From Curvularia clavata (Eukaryota), in contig CP089279.1 of NCBI GenBank assembly GCA_023920165.1, positions 1,736,001 through 1,800,000 on the forward strand: a DNA stretch of 64,000 nt, in the 5' to 3' direction. How positions within the stretch are numbered: position 1 is the first letter of the stretch; each line of letters opens with the position of its first letter. The position numbers and the translations under genes were made by a program. This document shows positions 1 through 12,000 of the stretch, in pieces. The notes below the pieces were generated by a model. The model did no database searches. It had not been told where the DNA came from and saw only the letters and a list, made by a program, of their open reading frames with translations.

Positions 1-1873
1 TACGCGCCAAGCCGCTGCCTCTGACAATTGGAAGAAACTCGAGCAAGAAAGGTTGGCAAAGATTAAGCGTGAGGAGCGCGCGGCTGCAATCAAGAAGGAG
101 CGCGAGAGGGCGTCGCGCTTTGCCAAGCTCGAGGGCAAAGGACTCGCTGACGAGGAAGATGTAGACGATGACTTGGCTTGGTTGAAGAGCAGCAAGAAGC
201 GCCAGAAGAAGATTGCCAAGGAGGAGCAGATGCGCAAGGAACTCGAGGAGCGTGAGCGCCAGGCGCTTGAAGCCATGCAGTACACTGATAAGGACCTCGC
301 CGGTATCAAAGTTGGCCATGAGCTTGACCAGTTTGACGATGAGGATCAGATTCTAGTACTCAAGGATACTGCCGTGGACGCCGAAGACGACGACGACGAG
401 CTCGAGGCAGTGGCGCTGAGGGAGAAGGAGCGCCTGCAAGAGCGACTCGACTCAAAGAAGCGAAAACGCGCCTACGATCCGAACGACATGGACGAGTCCG
501 GCCAAAAATCTATCCTGGCACAATACGATGACGAGATTGAAGGCAAGAAGGGCAAGGCCTTTACACTAGACGGCAAGGGCAGGACCGTGGAAGCCATCCA
601 AGCCGAGGCCGAGGGTTCTACAAAGCCAAAGAAGGTTGCCATCAGTCTGGACATCCTCAAAGAAGATGCGCCTGCAAATGACTACATGGACGCTTCAGAA
701 GTCAAAATGAAGAAGCCCAAAAAGAAGAAGAGCAGGAAGTCCAAGCGCGAGCGCATCGAAGACGAGGAAGAAATGCTTGCTCTAGTCGCGGATGAGCCTA
801 CCGCCGACGACATGGACATCGATGGCGGAGAATTCACTGCGCAACAACAGAAGAAGAAAAAGGTCTTTGACGAATCGTTTGTAGATGATGACGATCTCCA
901 AGCAAACCTTGCAGCGCAGCGTCAAAAAGCCCTCAAAAAGCGCAAGAAGATGCGGCCGGAAGACTTGGCACGACAATTGCGCGAAGAGGCCACCACCCCT
1001 CAGCCTGACGTTCTTGAATCCACAGAAGACGGGGACGTCGGACTAGTCATTGACGAGACAACCGAGTTTGTTCAGAGTCTGGGTACAGCTGGTGATGATG
1101 AGGATGAAGCACGTCGGAAACGCAGAAAATCCAGTAGTCGTTTCTCCGAAGGCATCAAATCGATGGGCGACATTCCAGCCGCTGACGAGGACGGTGACGT
1201 CGAGATGGGTCAATCATATGCTGAAGCTGCTGAAGCGGAAGAGGCACGGAACCGTAGTGTATCTCGTGCTCTCTCTGCGGATATCACTGAAATGGGTCTC
1301 GAAGCCGAAAAGACCGTCGATCAAGGTATGGGTGCTACCCTCGCGCTGCTCAAGCAGCGAGGACTGGTCGCCGAGTCCGATGGTACTGAGAAGAACGCTA
1401 TGTACCGTGAGCGTCAGAAGTTCCTGGCGGATAAGTTCAAGGCTGAAGCCGAAGCCGAACATCAACGCAAACTTGCTCGTGAGCGCGAACGCAACTCCGC
1501 TCGTTGGAAGAAGATGACTTTCCGTGAGCGTGAAGAATGGGCTCGCAAAAACAACGTCAATGCAGACATGGCCGAGAGCCGTCGTCTTGCCGACCTCTTC
1601 AACAAGGAGTACACACCAAACATTGAGCTCAAGTATGTCGATGAGCACGGCCGTCAAATGAACCAGAAAGAGGCGTTCAAGCAACTCAGTCACCAATTCC
1701 ACGGAAAGGGTAGTGGAAACACCAAGACACAGAAGCGCCTTGAGAAGATTGAAGCTGAGAAGAAGAGGTTGGCTCAGAGCTCGTTTGAACCTACTCGAAG
1801 CGGAGGTGGTCTGGGCAACGCATTTGACGACCAGGCCAAGAAGAAGGGTACTGCCGGTGTTCGCCTGCAGTAA
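1..1873 (+). CDS. SNU66: U4/U6.U5 tri-snRNP-associated protein SART-1/Snu66, 5'-truncated by the window edge
   Basis: Frame is open from position 2 (TRQAAASDNWKKLEQERLAK...) to TAA 1871-1873. SART-1 signatures present: DLAGIKVGH, SILAQYDDEIEG, GMGATLALLKQRGL and YVDEHGRQMNQKEAFKQLSHQFHGKGSG. Confidence 0.93.
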   Translation, partial: TRQAAASDNWKKLEQERLAKIKREERAAAIKKERERASRFAKLEGKGLADEEDVDDDLAWLKSSKKRQKKIAKEEQMRKELEERERQALEAMQYTDKDLAGIKVGHELDQFDDEDQILVLKDTAVDAEDDDDELEAVALREKERLQERLDSKKRKRAYDPNDMDESGQKSILAQYDDEIEGKKGKAFTLDGKGRTVEAIQAEAEGSTKPKKVAISLDILKEDAPANDYMDASEVKMKKPKKKKSRKSKRERIEDEEEMLALVADEPTADDMDIDGGEFTAQQQKKKKVFDESFVDDDDLQANLAAQRQKALKKRKKMRPEDLARQLREEATTPQPDVLESTEDGDVGLVIDETTEFVQSLGTAGDDEDEARRKRRKSSSRFSEGIKSMGDIPAADEDGDVEMGQSYAEAAEAEEARNRSVSRALSADITEMGLEAEKTVDQGMGATLALLKQRGLVAESDGTEKNAMYRERQKFLADKFKAEAEAEHQRKLARERERNSARWKKMTFREREEWARKNNVNADMAESRRLADLFNKEYTPNIELKYVDEHGRQMNQKEAFKQLSHQFHGKGSGNTKTQKRLEKIEAEKKRLAQSSFEPTRSGGGLGNAFDDQAKKKGTAGVRLQ

Positions 1874-2934
1874 ACCCAAGCTGTTCGAATGACATTAACT
1901 TGAAGCACATATTCCGCAATATCTCCAGGCGGATATCTAGCTCTTATAAAAGGGTATCATATTTGTGCTCTGGGATACAAAAGGTCAGTAGCTCCAGCAG
2001 CTGTACTTTTAGAAACTTCACCATTAATGCGAGATTGTTTATAGAGCGTTCTTGTCCACTCGACAGTGATGAGGGTATGCTACCAGCTGTTTTTGCACTT
2101 GAACTAATACACAGGGTATTGTAAATTCGGGCCACAATATGGCTAGTCAATGCTTGGTTGTATTGCAAGCATGCCAGAGTAAGTGTCCATCAATACTAGC
2201 ATTTGAGTTATAGGTGAGCATGTGCTTAGTGATGCACCATGACCAAGATTATTCACCAGCTCTCGAGGCGCTGTCATGATTTTCGGCCAAAATGCACCTT
2301 GTATAAAAGGGAGTGGGCTGTCATGAAGTCATGTTGCCATCCAGCTCTGGTGACAGTAATACCACGAATGAGAGCTTAATGCAAAGCCCAATCTTTGTTT
2401 TCAGCATAACCAACTGAGCGCAATATGGTTTAATTTGCTGTGATAAAGATGACGGAAGAATGCGGCGAGCCGTCTAGCAGGCTTCGATTGTCGGATTGTA
2501 ATCTGCATTTGCTCCAAGCTATGATATGACATGAGAACTTTAGAGCACCAGGATTTCTTGTATCCGGATCACTCAAACACACCTCTTATAGTACCAATTT
2601 AAATGATTGCTTTAGGTTTTCGTTTCTTTGGAAAAGTGACACTCTGCCGACTCTGTCAGCCTTGCACGGTGACTTTTCGCAAACGCTCTGATTGGCACTC
2701 TCGCCATACCCGCAGCCCTCACAAACAATCCCCTTAGACAAGACAATAAGATTGGGGTAAAAATACAAAACCTGTGAGCATAAGGTGGAACAAGGAAAAA
2801 GTATCGTGACAAAGAACCAGACCTCCGTCTAACCCACAGGTCCGGTCCTCCCCTAATAAAAACGCCCATATATGCATATCTTTCCATCACGTTTCTCCTA
2901 CAAATACTCTTTTTCATCACCTCCCAAACCTCGT

Positions 2935-3213
2935 TTATTCATAAGCCGCCATCGCCTCCCCCGCCCTCCTCTCGACATAATACCCGGGATCCGGCCTTCT
3001 CGCCGCGCGCATCTGCTCCTTGCTGACTGGCTTATCCACCTCCTTAACATCCACGAGTTCCTTTATGCGCATGATCTGCCCAGCCACAGATTGCGAGACG
3101 GGGTGGTAGACGGTGGTCATTCGTTTGCGGAGGCCGAGGGCTTTGAGTACTCCTTGGGTTTTGGCAGGCATGCCTATGCCTGAGCGCAGGAGGGTAATGC
3201 GGAAGTAGGACAT
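2935..3213 (-). CDS. MRPL33: Mitochondrial large-subunit ribosomal protein uL30m
   Basis: Intronless 92-aa ORF, MSYFRITLLRSGIGMPAKTQGVLKALGLRKRMTTVYHPVSQSVAGQIMRIKELVDV. Typical L30 family pattern. Confidence 0.93.
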   Translation of the reverse strand: MSYFRITLLRSGIGMPAKTQGVLKALGLRKRMTTVYHPVSQSVAGQIMRIKELVDVKEVDKPVSKEQMRAARRPDPGYYVERRAGEAMAAYE

Positions 3214-4905
3214 TGTTGGTTCTCTCTCTTTGTGTGTGTGCGTGGGCTGCGGGGAATGGATAGGTGGGCGCGTGGATGAAGGTTGGGTGGTGTGGATGCA
3301 ATTGGTGGGTTGAACTGAGGGTTAGGGATGAGCTGGGGATACTGTCAGATAATTGCGCAATTGAACGCCTCAGAACGTGTTACATACCTTGTGAATTGTC
3401 TTGTAGCGTTGCAAGAGCCTCGTTTGCGCGCACGTAGGCGCTCTCGTTGTCAACTTTTCCGACGAGAGAGTGATGGTGAGCTAATCCTAATTTGGAATAG
3501 GCTGAGGTGGGACCAGAGGCATGCCTACGTTCCAATAATGTTTATTGCATCGACCGCATGGAGGTTGTATAAACGTTTTGTCCCTACAAATGGAACATTC
3601 AATGATCTGAGACTCATAATGCATAAGTGGCGGTGAGCATGTACTGACGTCTATGAAGAACAGTCTCACATGCAGGCTGCCTCCCTTCCGTGCCGACGTA
3701 AAGAGTATCGTGAATCCGCGTTTTCACAGCACTCCTTACTGGATGAATACTATCGGCCCACATAATTGGATTGATTTCTAGCCCCAGATTCAGAGGAGCG
3801 GAAGATACCTGGCACATAGGTATGTTGTGTGGAGCCATTTCTCCTTGATGTATGCATCTGTTCGTTTGCCGGCATTGCATGGACGCTATAGGTTTCGCAA
3901 AATGACACAGCAGCAACTTGCCTGGGCACTTTCGGCAGAGATTTGAGGTACTAATACTTGTGAGATGTGTTTTTTTAGTGTTTGTCTTGACTGTCATCTA
4001 ATGGCATAGCTGTCTCCAATAGTTCTTTTACCAGGCAATTGTGGCTGTTTTTCAGTCTGATAGAAATGTATGCCCTTCCATGATCTCGAGAGAATCACTA
4101 TGTGGGAATCCTCCAAGCCTTCAATCTTGATGGCGTTTTTGATTTTGGACTAAACTTGTCCTCATGACGACGCCTGCTCTAGACGATGAGTGCAGTCTAA
4201 ACTATACTAACGATCATGTCTAACTATGTCACATAGACAGTGTACCCGTGTATGCGCAGAGATGCCATTGTCTCCTCTGCGAATAAGATTACAGTGCAGA
4301 AATTCCTTACCCCCTATGAGGCTATCGAGAATTTCATATGATCTGGCTGTCATGTATGCAACCACCACGGGAGTAACCCAGTTGCAGTATTGGGCGATTC
4401 TTCCAAGCGAGTCAAACATGTTCCCAATGATCTGGTCCAGGCTTGTAGTACAGTCCCGCACTCGGGTTTCCACTGTCTCTTTGTTAAGTATTGGGAAGCC
4501 AACAGCTCGAGCAAGAGAAAAAAACAACGTGCATGTCTGTCCGGGAATGGGAAGCCAATACTGCCAACAAAGTTTTTGATTCAGATGTGTATGCACCCGT
4601 TCATCAGGCTCATTTGACGCTTTTCTCTGCCTTTGACAAACGAAGATATGCATTGGGAAATAAGCGAGATGGGATATAAGGATAGCAATGGATTCATGTA
4701 TGACAAGCTAGAAGAGTGTTGAAACAGGCCGATATCTGAACGAAATACCCTATATCCCCAAGATGCACTCTTGAGATCGTATCTAGTCCTTTCGCTCGTG
4801 TTCGTCATTCGGTGATTTATCTATTGTGGTGTTTCCTCTCACTACTTTGTACAGGTGATCAGATCAAACAGTCGTCTCTGGAACCTTGCTGCGTTCATTG
4901 CCTCC

Positions 4906-5604
4906 ATGACGGGTGAGATATAGCCCCCACCAAGACCTACCTGTTTGTGGGATAACATAACTAAACCCTCCTACCCAGCATCACACTCCCTCACGTCCCC
5001 ATCTTCCTCTCCCATCTCGTCTAGCCCACTAGCCTCCACTTCGGCTCCGACCGCCATCCCTCCTCTCGTGTACCGTGTCCATCGCAGCGGCTCTCAAACG
5101 AGGTATTCCTTCTCGACGGGCTTCAGCGCCAAAAACCAAACCACCATTGTAAACTACACGTCCGCTCTCTCGCGCTTCGGGCTCGCGCATCTCAACCAGC
5201 AGACCAACATCTCATCGCCCTTCATCAGTGTATATGACAATCTCGCCCATGCAGAAGCCGTTGCTCGGTACTTTGGAGAACGTTATGAAGAGGATACATG
5301 GGTAGTTACGGTCGATCCCGCGCACTTTGCACGGGGACCGGTATTTAGAGCTGCAGATCTGTTACGGAAGGAGGCCAGTGACGAGATAGAGTGCAGCAAT
5401 AACAAAAAGAAGGGCAGAGGATTAGGGGATGTGGCGGATGAGTGGTTGCATTGGGGAGAGTATCTGGTCATGTATCGTATTCCTGCCCAGGCGATTCGTG
5501 ATCAGACGCCGATTGCTAAAGTTGGAGATCAGAAGCGGAAGGGCGTAGGCGTGATTGGTGGTGGTGGTGGTAGCAGCAGCAATATTGGAGGTGGTGCTGC
5601 TTGA
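4906..5604 (+). CDS. Hypothetical protein with ADP-ribosyltransferase-like (R-S-E) motif spacing
   Basis: ATG 4906. Intron 4913-4978 (GTGAG...ACTAAAC...CAG) joins in frame to ORF 4945..5604, giving MTASHSLTSP.... Motifs PPLVYRVH, SPFISVYD and GEYLVMYRIP are present. Confidence 0.7.
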
Positions 5605-7758
5605 GCTGACATACGGGGAGCGTGGGTGATGGGAGAGTAGTAGATTGTCGACATATTTTTCTTGTGTTACTTGATTATTCCTAATCCCATGGCATTCCTC
5701 GGAGTTGATGTTGGTACTGTTGCTCTGTAGTCCTACGATAGCCTCACGCTCTTCATACTGTGTCCTTGCTTTCTTTTTCAGATGTTGGTGTTGGAGTAGG
5801 CGCTCAAGTATATGTCCAGTCTATCCATCCTCTATTCTCAAAAACCTTTCCACCCACTAATCATTCGTCCCACACACCAGTCGATACCCCTCCAAAGTGC
5901 CTCGACACCCTTCCACAAGGAGAAGTACGCAAGTCCACTTGGTCCCTCTTTCCTCTCTTCTATCTCTTGGATATGTTCCGCCTTAGGCGGGGTGGTGGAT
6001 CTGCTTGGCCGATAAGCTGCGGCAAGACTGTTGTTCCGCTGAACACTCGACGTGCTACCACGCCGTTGTGGTGCTTTTGGCAAGAAATTAATCTGGCTCT
6101 TTGAGTTGGAGAGTCTGCGAGGTGGCATTTTTGATGCCATGACGGTTGTCACATTGGTTGGGCGAGTTTGTTATTTGGGCATACTAGTTGTTGGAGGGCC
6201 TTGTGAAGCCCTAAGTGCAGAAGAGAATGTGAAGGATGTGAAGGAATTGGTTCAAGTGGATAAAGGTAAGTCTTGTACATGGCATGCGTGGACAAGCCGA
6301 GGCTTGATTTACAGTGCAAATGTTGGTTGGCATGAGGATATGGGCCGAATGCTACATGCGTGACGCGGAGGTGTGGTTGGCCTGGGGTCAGCAGACCCTA
6401 CCTGATGAAACGTCATGAGCTGTGAGCAACTCGGTTCTAGGCCATGGACAGCACGTTGCACTGGTAACATTGTGTTCGAGACGAGAACCAAATCTCTGCA
6501 ATTGAAGTGCAACCGGTCTGGATGCTTTTGTTAGTAGTGTACCGATATTGTGGTAAAGCGGCCCACCCCCAGATCTCGTCATCGCCTCAGGTCTTGAACA
6601 TTGCGCAGCACAGGGAGGGCATCCTTCAAATGTAAGCATGACACGACTGTGATTATGTCATCCAGATCATGTGTGCATGCAGCACGCACGCCCATTGATT
6701 TGAAAAAAGAAACATGAAGTAGAAGCATAGTCGACTTTCTTTTTGATCGTATGTAGTCGACCAGATGACGCAACCAAGCTTCACGTTTTGACGCTTTGAA
6801 TGTTTAGAGAGAGAAAAAAAAAGGCAAACTCATGAGAGGCAGGGGCAGTGCCAGATCATGCCCCTGGGGTAATGGTCGTATTTTCAATAGAAGGATCAGC
6901 CAGCGCACCCAGAGGACCAACTCACAGACTGTGCAGACGATAAGTTCTAGAATGTGTGCCTGTCAAGACTGACAAGCATACTCGGCTAAGTTTGCCGGCG
7001 CTCGCGTGTAGCGTCCGAGTATCATGTCGCCTAAAGCGCGCTACAAGGGATAGGAAAAAGAAAGGTCATGTTGTTTGGCATGGCAGCCAATATGACATCA
7101 GGTGTTGAATCTTGGAGCAACATGGTCGTGCAGAAGAGTAAGGCAGACAGAGCAAGTAGCTGACGATAGCGCCTTGGGTGAAGGCTAAGCTAGCGCTGAG
7201 TCCATCTCCCTTGATAGTCTAAGGCACGTGAGCTCTCTATGTGTAATGCGCGGGAACCGCTTTCAGCTGGGTCGACGATGTCTTGACCAGCTTCCAACGA
7301 CTGTGGGGGCGTAGGGCTCAGGGGTCGAATTGTTGTCGGTCCGGCTGCTGCAATGGAACCAGGTGGTCCTGTTGTCACAAAGCACGATTCCACTGCTGCG
7401 CATGACCCCAGATATGTCGGGTTGACAAAGTTTCCATATTAGGTTTGTAGGCAAATGAGGCTCAAGGGCCAGTTGGGTAGACTAATCTCTTTCCCATTAG
7501 AATTTGAAAGAATGGTGAAGTGGCAATTGGATGAGAGGCCGTTTTGGGTAGGTGAGTTGGCATGACAAGGCAGATGAATGAGCCTCTTTGGGACACAGAG
7601 TTGGACGCTAACTTTACCAAATGGTGTGATGCGGAGGGACAGGAGAGAGGGACGATTGGCACCATGACTCGCGGGTTGGCGGCATCTGACAGCAGATGGC
7701 GGGTGAAAGCAAATAAATGGGCGAGACAGCCATGGTGATGGCGATCTTGGAGAAGGTT

Positions 7759-7780
7759 GGGATGGGATGGGATGGGATGG
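7759..7780 (+). repeat. (GGGAT)4 microsatellite / G-quadruplex-competent motif
   Basis: GGGATGGGATGGGATGGGATGG read directly. Confidence 0.8.
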
Positions 7781-8289
7781 CCAGCAGTGAAGGAAGGGGT
7801 GGAGCCGCAGCAAGGCCGGATGCTGGCACTAGGCCGTTGTGGGACTAGCGGCACCAGCCACAGGACAGGGGCAGCACGCCATGGAGACCGTTTCCGACGC
7901 CGTTTCAGCTAGCGAGGGTGGTGGAGACGAGGAGTGTAGCGAAAAGCAAGGCTGGAGGGGTTGAACAGGTGGTGGGCTGGTGGGGTGGGGGGGAGGGCAC
8001 AGATGAAGATGCAGAGGGCTGTGTCATGGGCAGACGGGCGTGTTTGAGTCGCGGGCGACGATCGCTTTGCAGCCACGACAAGGAAGACATGATGAAGACA
8101 GCGAGCGAGGCAGAGGGCAAAAGGAGCCCAATCTGCGCTTGCGTACGTCGTCTAGTCTGTTGACAGGCCTCATATTGGGGCCAAGCCGCTGCGAGAGCTG
8201 TGCAACGCCGCCGCGCACCAATCAGCAGCCAGCCAGCCACTCCCCTGGCTTTTCCCAAGATTGGCCTTTTGGTCGGGGGAAAACGGGCC

Positions 8290-8351
8290 TGTATGTGTGT
8301 GTGTATATGTGTGTACACATACGTACGTACGTACGCACATGTACATGTGTG
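8290..8351. repeat. 62-nt alternating purine-pyrimidine compound microsatellite (TG/TA/CA/ACGT)
   Basis: tgtatgtgtgtgtgtatatgtgtgtacacatacgtacgtacgtacgcacatgtacatgtgtg; every step alternates Y/R. Confidence 0.85.
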
Positions 8352-9040
8352 AGCAGAACCTGGCGGCATAAACATGGCCCAGAGAAGAAGACATTATGAA
8401 AAATGCAGACAGCCTACTGCACGCACGCCCAGGGACAAGACGTCCAAGCCCCAGCCGTCTGCAGTCTGCCATGGGCATATGTATACTCGCACAACACGAA
8501 ACCGCACATGGTGTCTGTATCTCTGTCCATTTCTCACACACAGGCTCGGGGGCCCGGGACCAGGGGCCCTGCTGGTCTTGATACGAAGACGGTGCTCCGA
8601 GCTCATGCAGGCACGGCTGCTACCGACGGTGCGCTGCAGTGAAAGCCCTCAACGTTGCCCTTTGCCGTGACCGAAACTTTTTGCTGGCCCAACACCTCTC
8701 CCGCACGCTATCCAACCTACCCTCAGCCGACGCAGACAACTTCGCCCTGCCGCGTCCGCTGTCCATTGCCGCCTCCCTACATACTGCGCTCCATCGCCCA
8801 TCGTGCCCCGCTTGTTCCGATACGGGCTTGGTATTACACCGACTGGTATTATCCCCAGATTCCAATTCGGCAAGCCCATCAGGGGCATCCTTTGCAGCCC
8901 CCCTCCCCGTTAGCCACAACACGACCCTCTCTGTCTCTGTCTCTCTCTCCAAGAGCCCGCCACCAACAATCCCTTGCCGGCTGCTCGTGATGCTCTGTCC
9001 CAGACTCCCCCCTCCGATATAGCCTGACACGTCTGGTGCC

Positions 9041-12000
9041 ATGCCGAGCTGGAGACCGCTTCCGCGCATCGCGTTCGCCATATGCATATACCCCTTCCAG
9101 CCCTCGTCGCCCGCCGACCTGCCCCTCGAAATCGGTGATGAGCTGTACATAATTGAGCAGGGTGGACAGGATGGTTCGTGGTATCGAGGCTACCTGGTTG
9201 CGCCGCCCTCGCTGCTGGCCGGTTTGACCAGCGTCAAGGGCCAGACTCTCGAGGCACGCGTCTTCTCCGGCATCTTTCCACGCGTCTGTGTCGAGGTGCG
9301 CGAAGTGCTCGGAGACAGCAAAGACACGACCGCTCATGACTCTGCCAATGAGTCTGCTCGCCCAACTAACTATCCACAGCCTACTAACGGCGTCGTCACC
9401 CCCACCGAAAGCACTCGCACAACCTCTCCCTTTCCAAAGGGCCCCGGCTCCCATGCGCGGAAAAGCTCAAAGAGCGATGCTCCTCCCGTCCTGCCATGCC
9501 CCGTCACCCGCACACAATCGAGCCGCAGGTCGACCCGAAAGCGCGCAGGCAGTACCCATTCGCAGTGGACTGCCCGTGAAGAGCACCTGCAGCAACTTGC
9601 CCTTCCGCTGTCCCCCATATCAGACCCAACCGCTCCACGACCCCCCGCGCCTGTACCCATGCTCAAGATTGGCGACGAAACGCCCACATCTGCCCAGGAA
9701 CCTTTGGTAGACGAAATCGCGTCCTGCCTGCGAGAGTGGCATTCGACAAAGGTGCACGAGCTCCTGCTTGCACGCAAATATGGCTCCCTGGACAAAATGT
9801 CTAAGCTGGTCAACACTTTGGACACGGCGCGCCGGCAGCTGTTGCACAAGGTGCTTACCGCAAAGGAACTCGAAAAAGTGCGCGAGGAGACCGTCTGGGA
9901 CCTGGTCAGCGGCAACAAGATGCTCTGCGGCGACGTCATTGTGCGCAGCCCTTCACAGCGCGGTCGCATTCTGACGGGCGACGACTCGGCCATTGAGATT
10001 ACCAAGTTGCAGTCCATGATGAGCCTCCTGGAGAGCCGGCCTACACCACAACTCGACGAGCACAACCTGCATCATTTGTTCGTGAGCCTCAAGCACGTGG
10101 CGGGCGACGTTGTACCGGGAGCAGCCCAGCTTTGTATGCACTTGTGCCTGAAGACGCCTGGTGTTCCACTCCAGCCTCTTTCAGAGGCCTACTCGTTCGA
10201 TCTGACAGGCAAAGATGGGCTGCCCGTGTCCCTCGTAGGTGACAAGCTGCGCGCACTGCTTGTAGACCTCAGTTTGACAGACATTGGTGAAGGCGCGGGC
10301 TCTGGCTCCACGCTATATCTCGTCTTCAAACTTACGACTAACGAGCCACTGCGCTCATCCTCGGCCGGTGACAAGAGTGGATCGAGCCGAGAAACAACAC
10401 CGGGCAAGACATCCGGGGTACAGCCTTCCCAACATGGAAGTATCAAGGGTGGCAGGCGCAGTGTCATGTTTGGCGGATCCAAGAGGAAGGAGTCAATTAA
10501 CTCACGACAAGCAGACTCCTCCGAAGAGCGCCGAAACCAAAGCTTCGACCAAAGCCGCTCACAGACGGCCGAGCCGCGCCCGGGATCGGCTGCAACCGCA
10601 ACAACACGATCAAGGGCTCTCTCACGAGACCAGAAGACGCTGAAGCGGACAGTTGCAGTTGGCGCCGTCGCCGTAAACCAAGTCCTCCAGGCATGCTCTG
10701 AGGCTGATCGCACCATCGCCATGTTCTGCACCGCCGCTCCGGGTGAGGATGTCTCCGAAGACGGTGGCGACTGGGACAGTATACTGCCTGAGATATTCCC
10801 TAGTCCCAGTGGGCAATACACACGGGATCCGCAAATCAGCCGCATCACCATCCATCTCAAGGCCTTTGTCGAGGCTGATGCCGAGCGGCTCATCCAAAAG
10901 GTCCCCACCATGCTCCATAACATCAAGCAGTGTCGGAAGATTGGCTTTTCTGGTGCTCCCACCAAACCTCGTAGCGACATCTACCTGACGCTTGTTGAGC
11001 CCTTTCTTCCCAAGAACGCCTTTTTGGCACACCCGAAAACAGGATCCGTACCGCTGGGACATGCTTCTCCAATGAACAACCTTCAGCTAACAATCGAGGT
11101 CCGCAAAAGTTCTGGAGAGCGCATAGAAGGTTGCATCTATCCCTGCGCCAACAGCGCAGGCCACACAGCCTGGCGCACAACAGCAGCCCAACGGGGCGAA
11201 GGCTGGAACTCGACAATCCGGCTTGCCATTGATCCACAAGACGTGCCTGGTTCCCACCTGGTAATGAGCGTTGCGGATGCGCCAGGATTCCCGTTTGCCC
11301 TATGCTGGATGCCACTCTGGAATCAAGATGCCTTTGCCCGTGACGGTGACCACGCCTTAACGCTGTACAAATACGACGAGTACACTTCGGGCATGATTGC
11401 TGGAAAAGGCGCGTACCTTGGTCTGCCTTGGAGCGCTAAGAAGAAAGACGAGCATGTCATGGGCCCAATGGCTGCTGTGCATGTAAAGACTTTCCTCTGC
11501 AGCACAAAGTATTCCCAGGATCCCACAATACTAGGCCTTATCAAATGGCAAGAGCAGCCACCAGGCGAGCTTGTTGGCCTACTCCGCCGGTTCAACTTCG
11601 TTCCAGAGATTGAAATTGTCAAACTTCTGAGCGAAGTCTTCGATGCTCTTTTCGCTATCCAGAGCCACTATGCTGGTAGTGACGAATACGAAGACCTGGT
11701 CTTCAACGCGTTTGTCATCGTCCTAGGCATTGTGCATGACCGGCGTTTCAACCTTGAGCCTCTTGTCGACCAGTATGCTCGGACGAAGGTGTTCCACTCT
11801 CTTGTCACCTCGTGTCTGATGCAGAGCCTCGGCCGACTCCTAGCCAAGCCTACCGATCCTGACAGTTCCCGAAGGCTACGTGCCACATTCAAAGTTGGCA
11901 AGCTAATCATGAAGTTTCTGGCAAACGCCCGAGAAAGGCAAAAGGCAAAGGAAGAGAGCATCGGAATCAAGGACAGGACACAGTTCAGCAAAGACATGAA

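Noticed and set aside
1214..1879. Long antisense/alternate-frame ORFs over SNU66 (similar ones overlie DOCK, RRP12, P450 and MFS)
   Set aside because: Shadow ORFs caused by codon bias of the real genes.
3614..4808. Several minus-strand ORFs (127, 148 and 75 aa) that might be a decayed gene
   Set aside because: No recognisable motif and no consistent splice model.
7190..9030. Many 60-190 aa ORFs upstream of DOCK
   Set aside because: GC-rich low-complexity promoter/UTR sequence. The translations are not protein-like.
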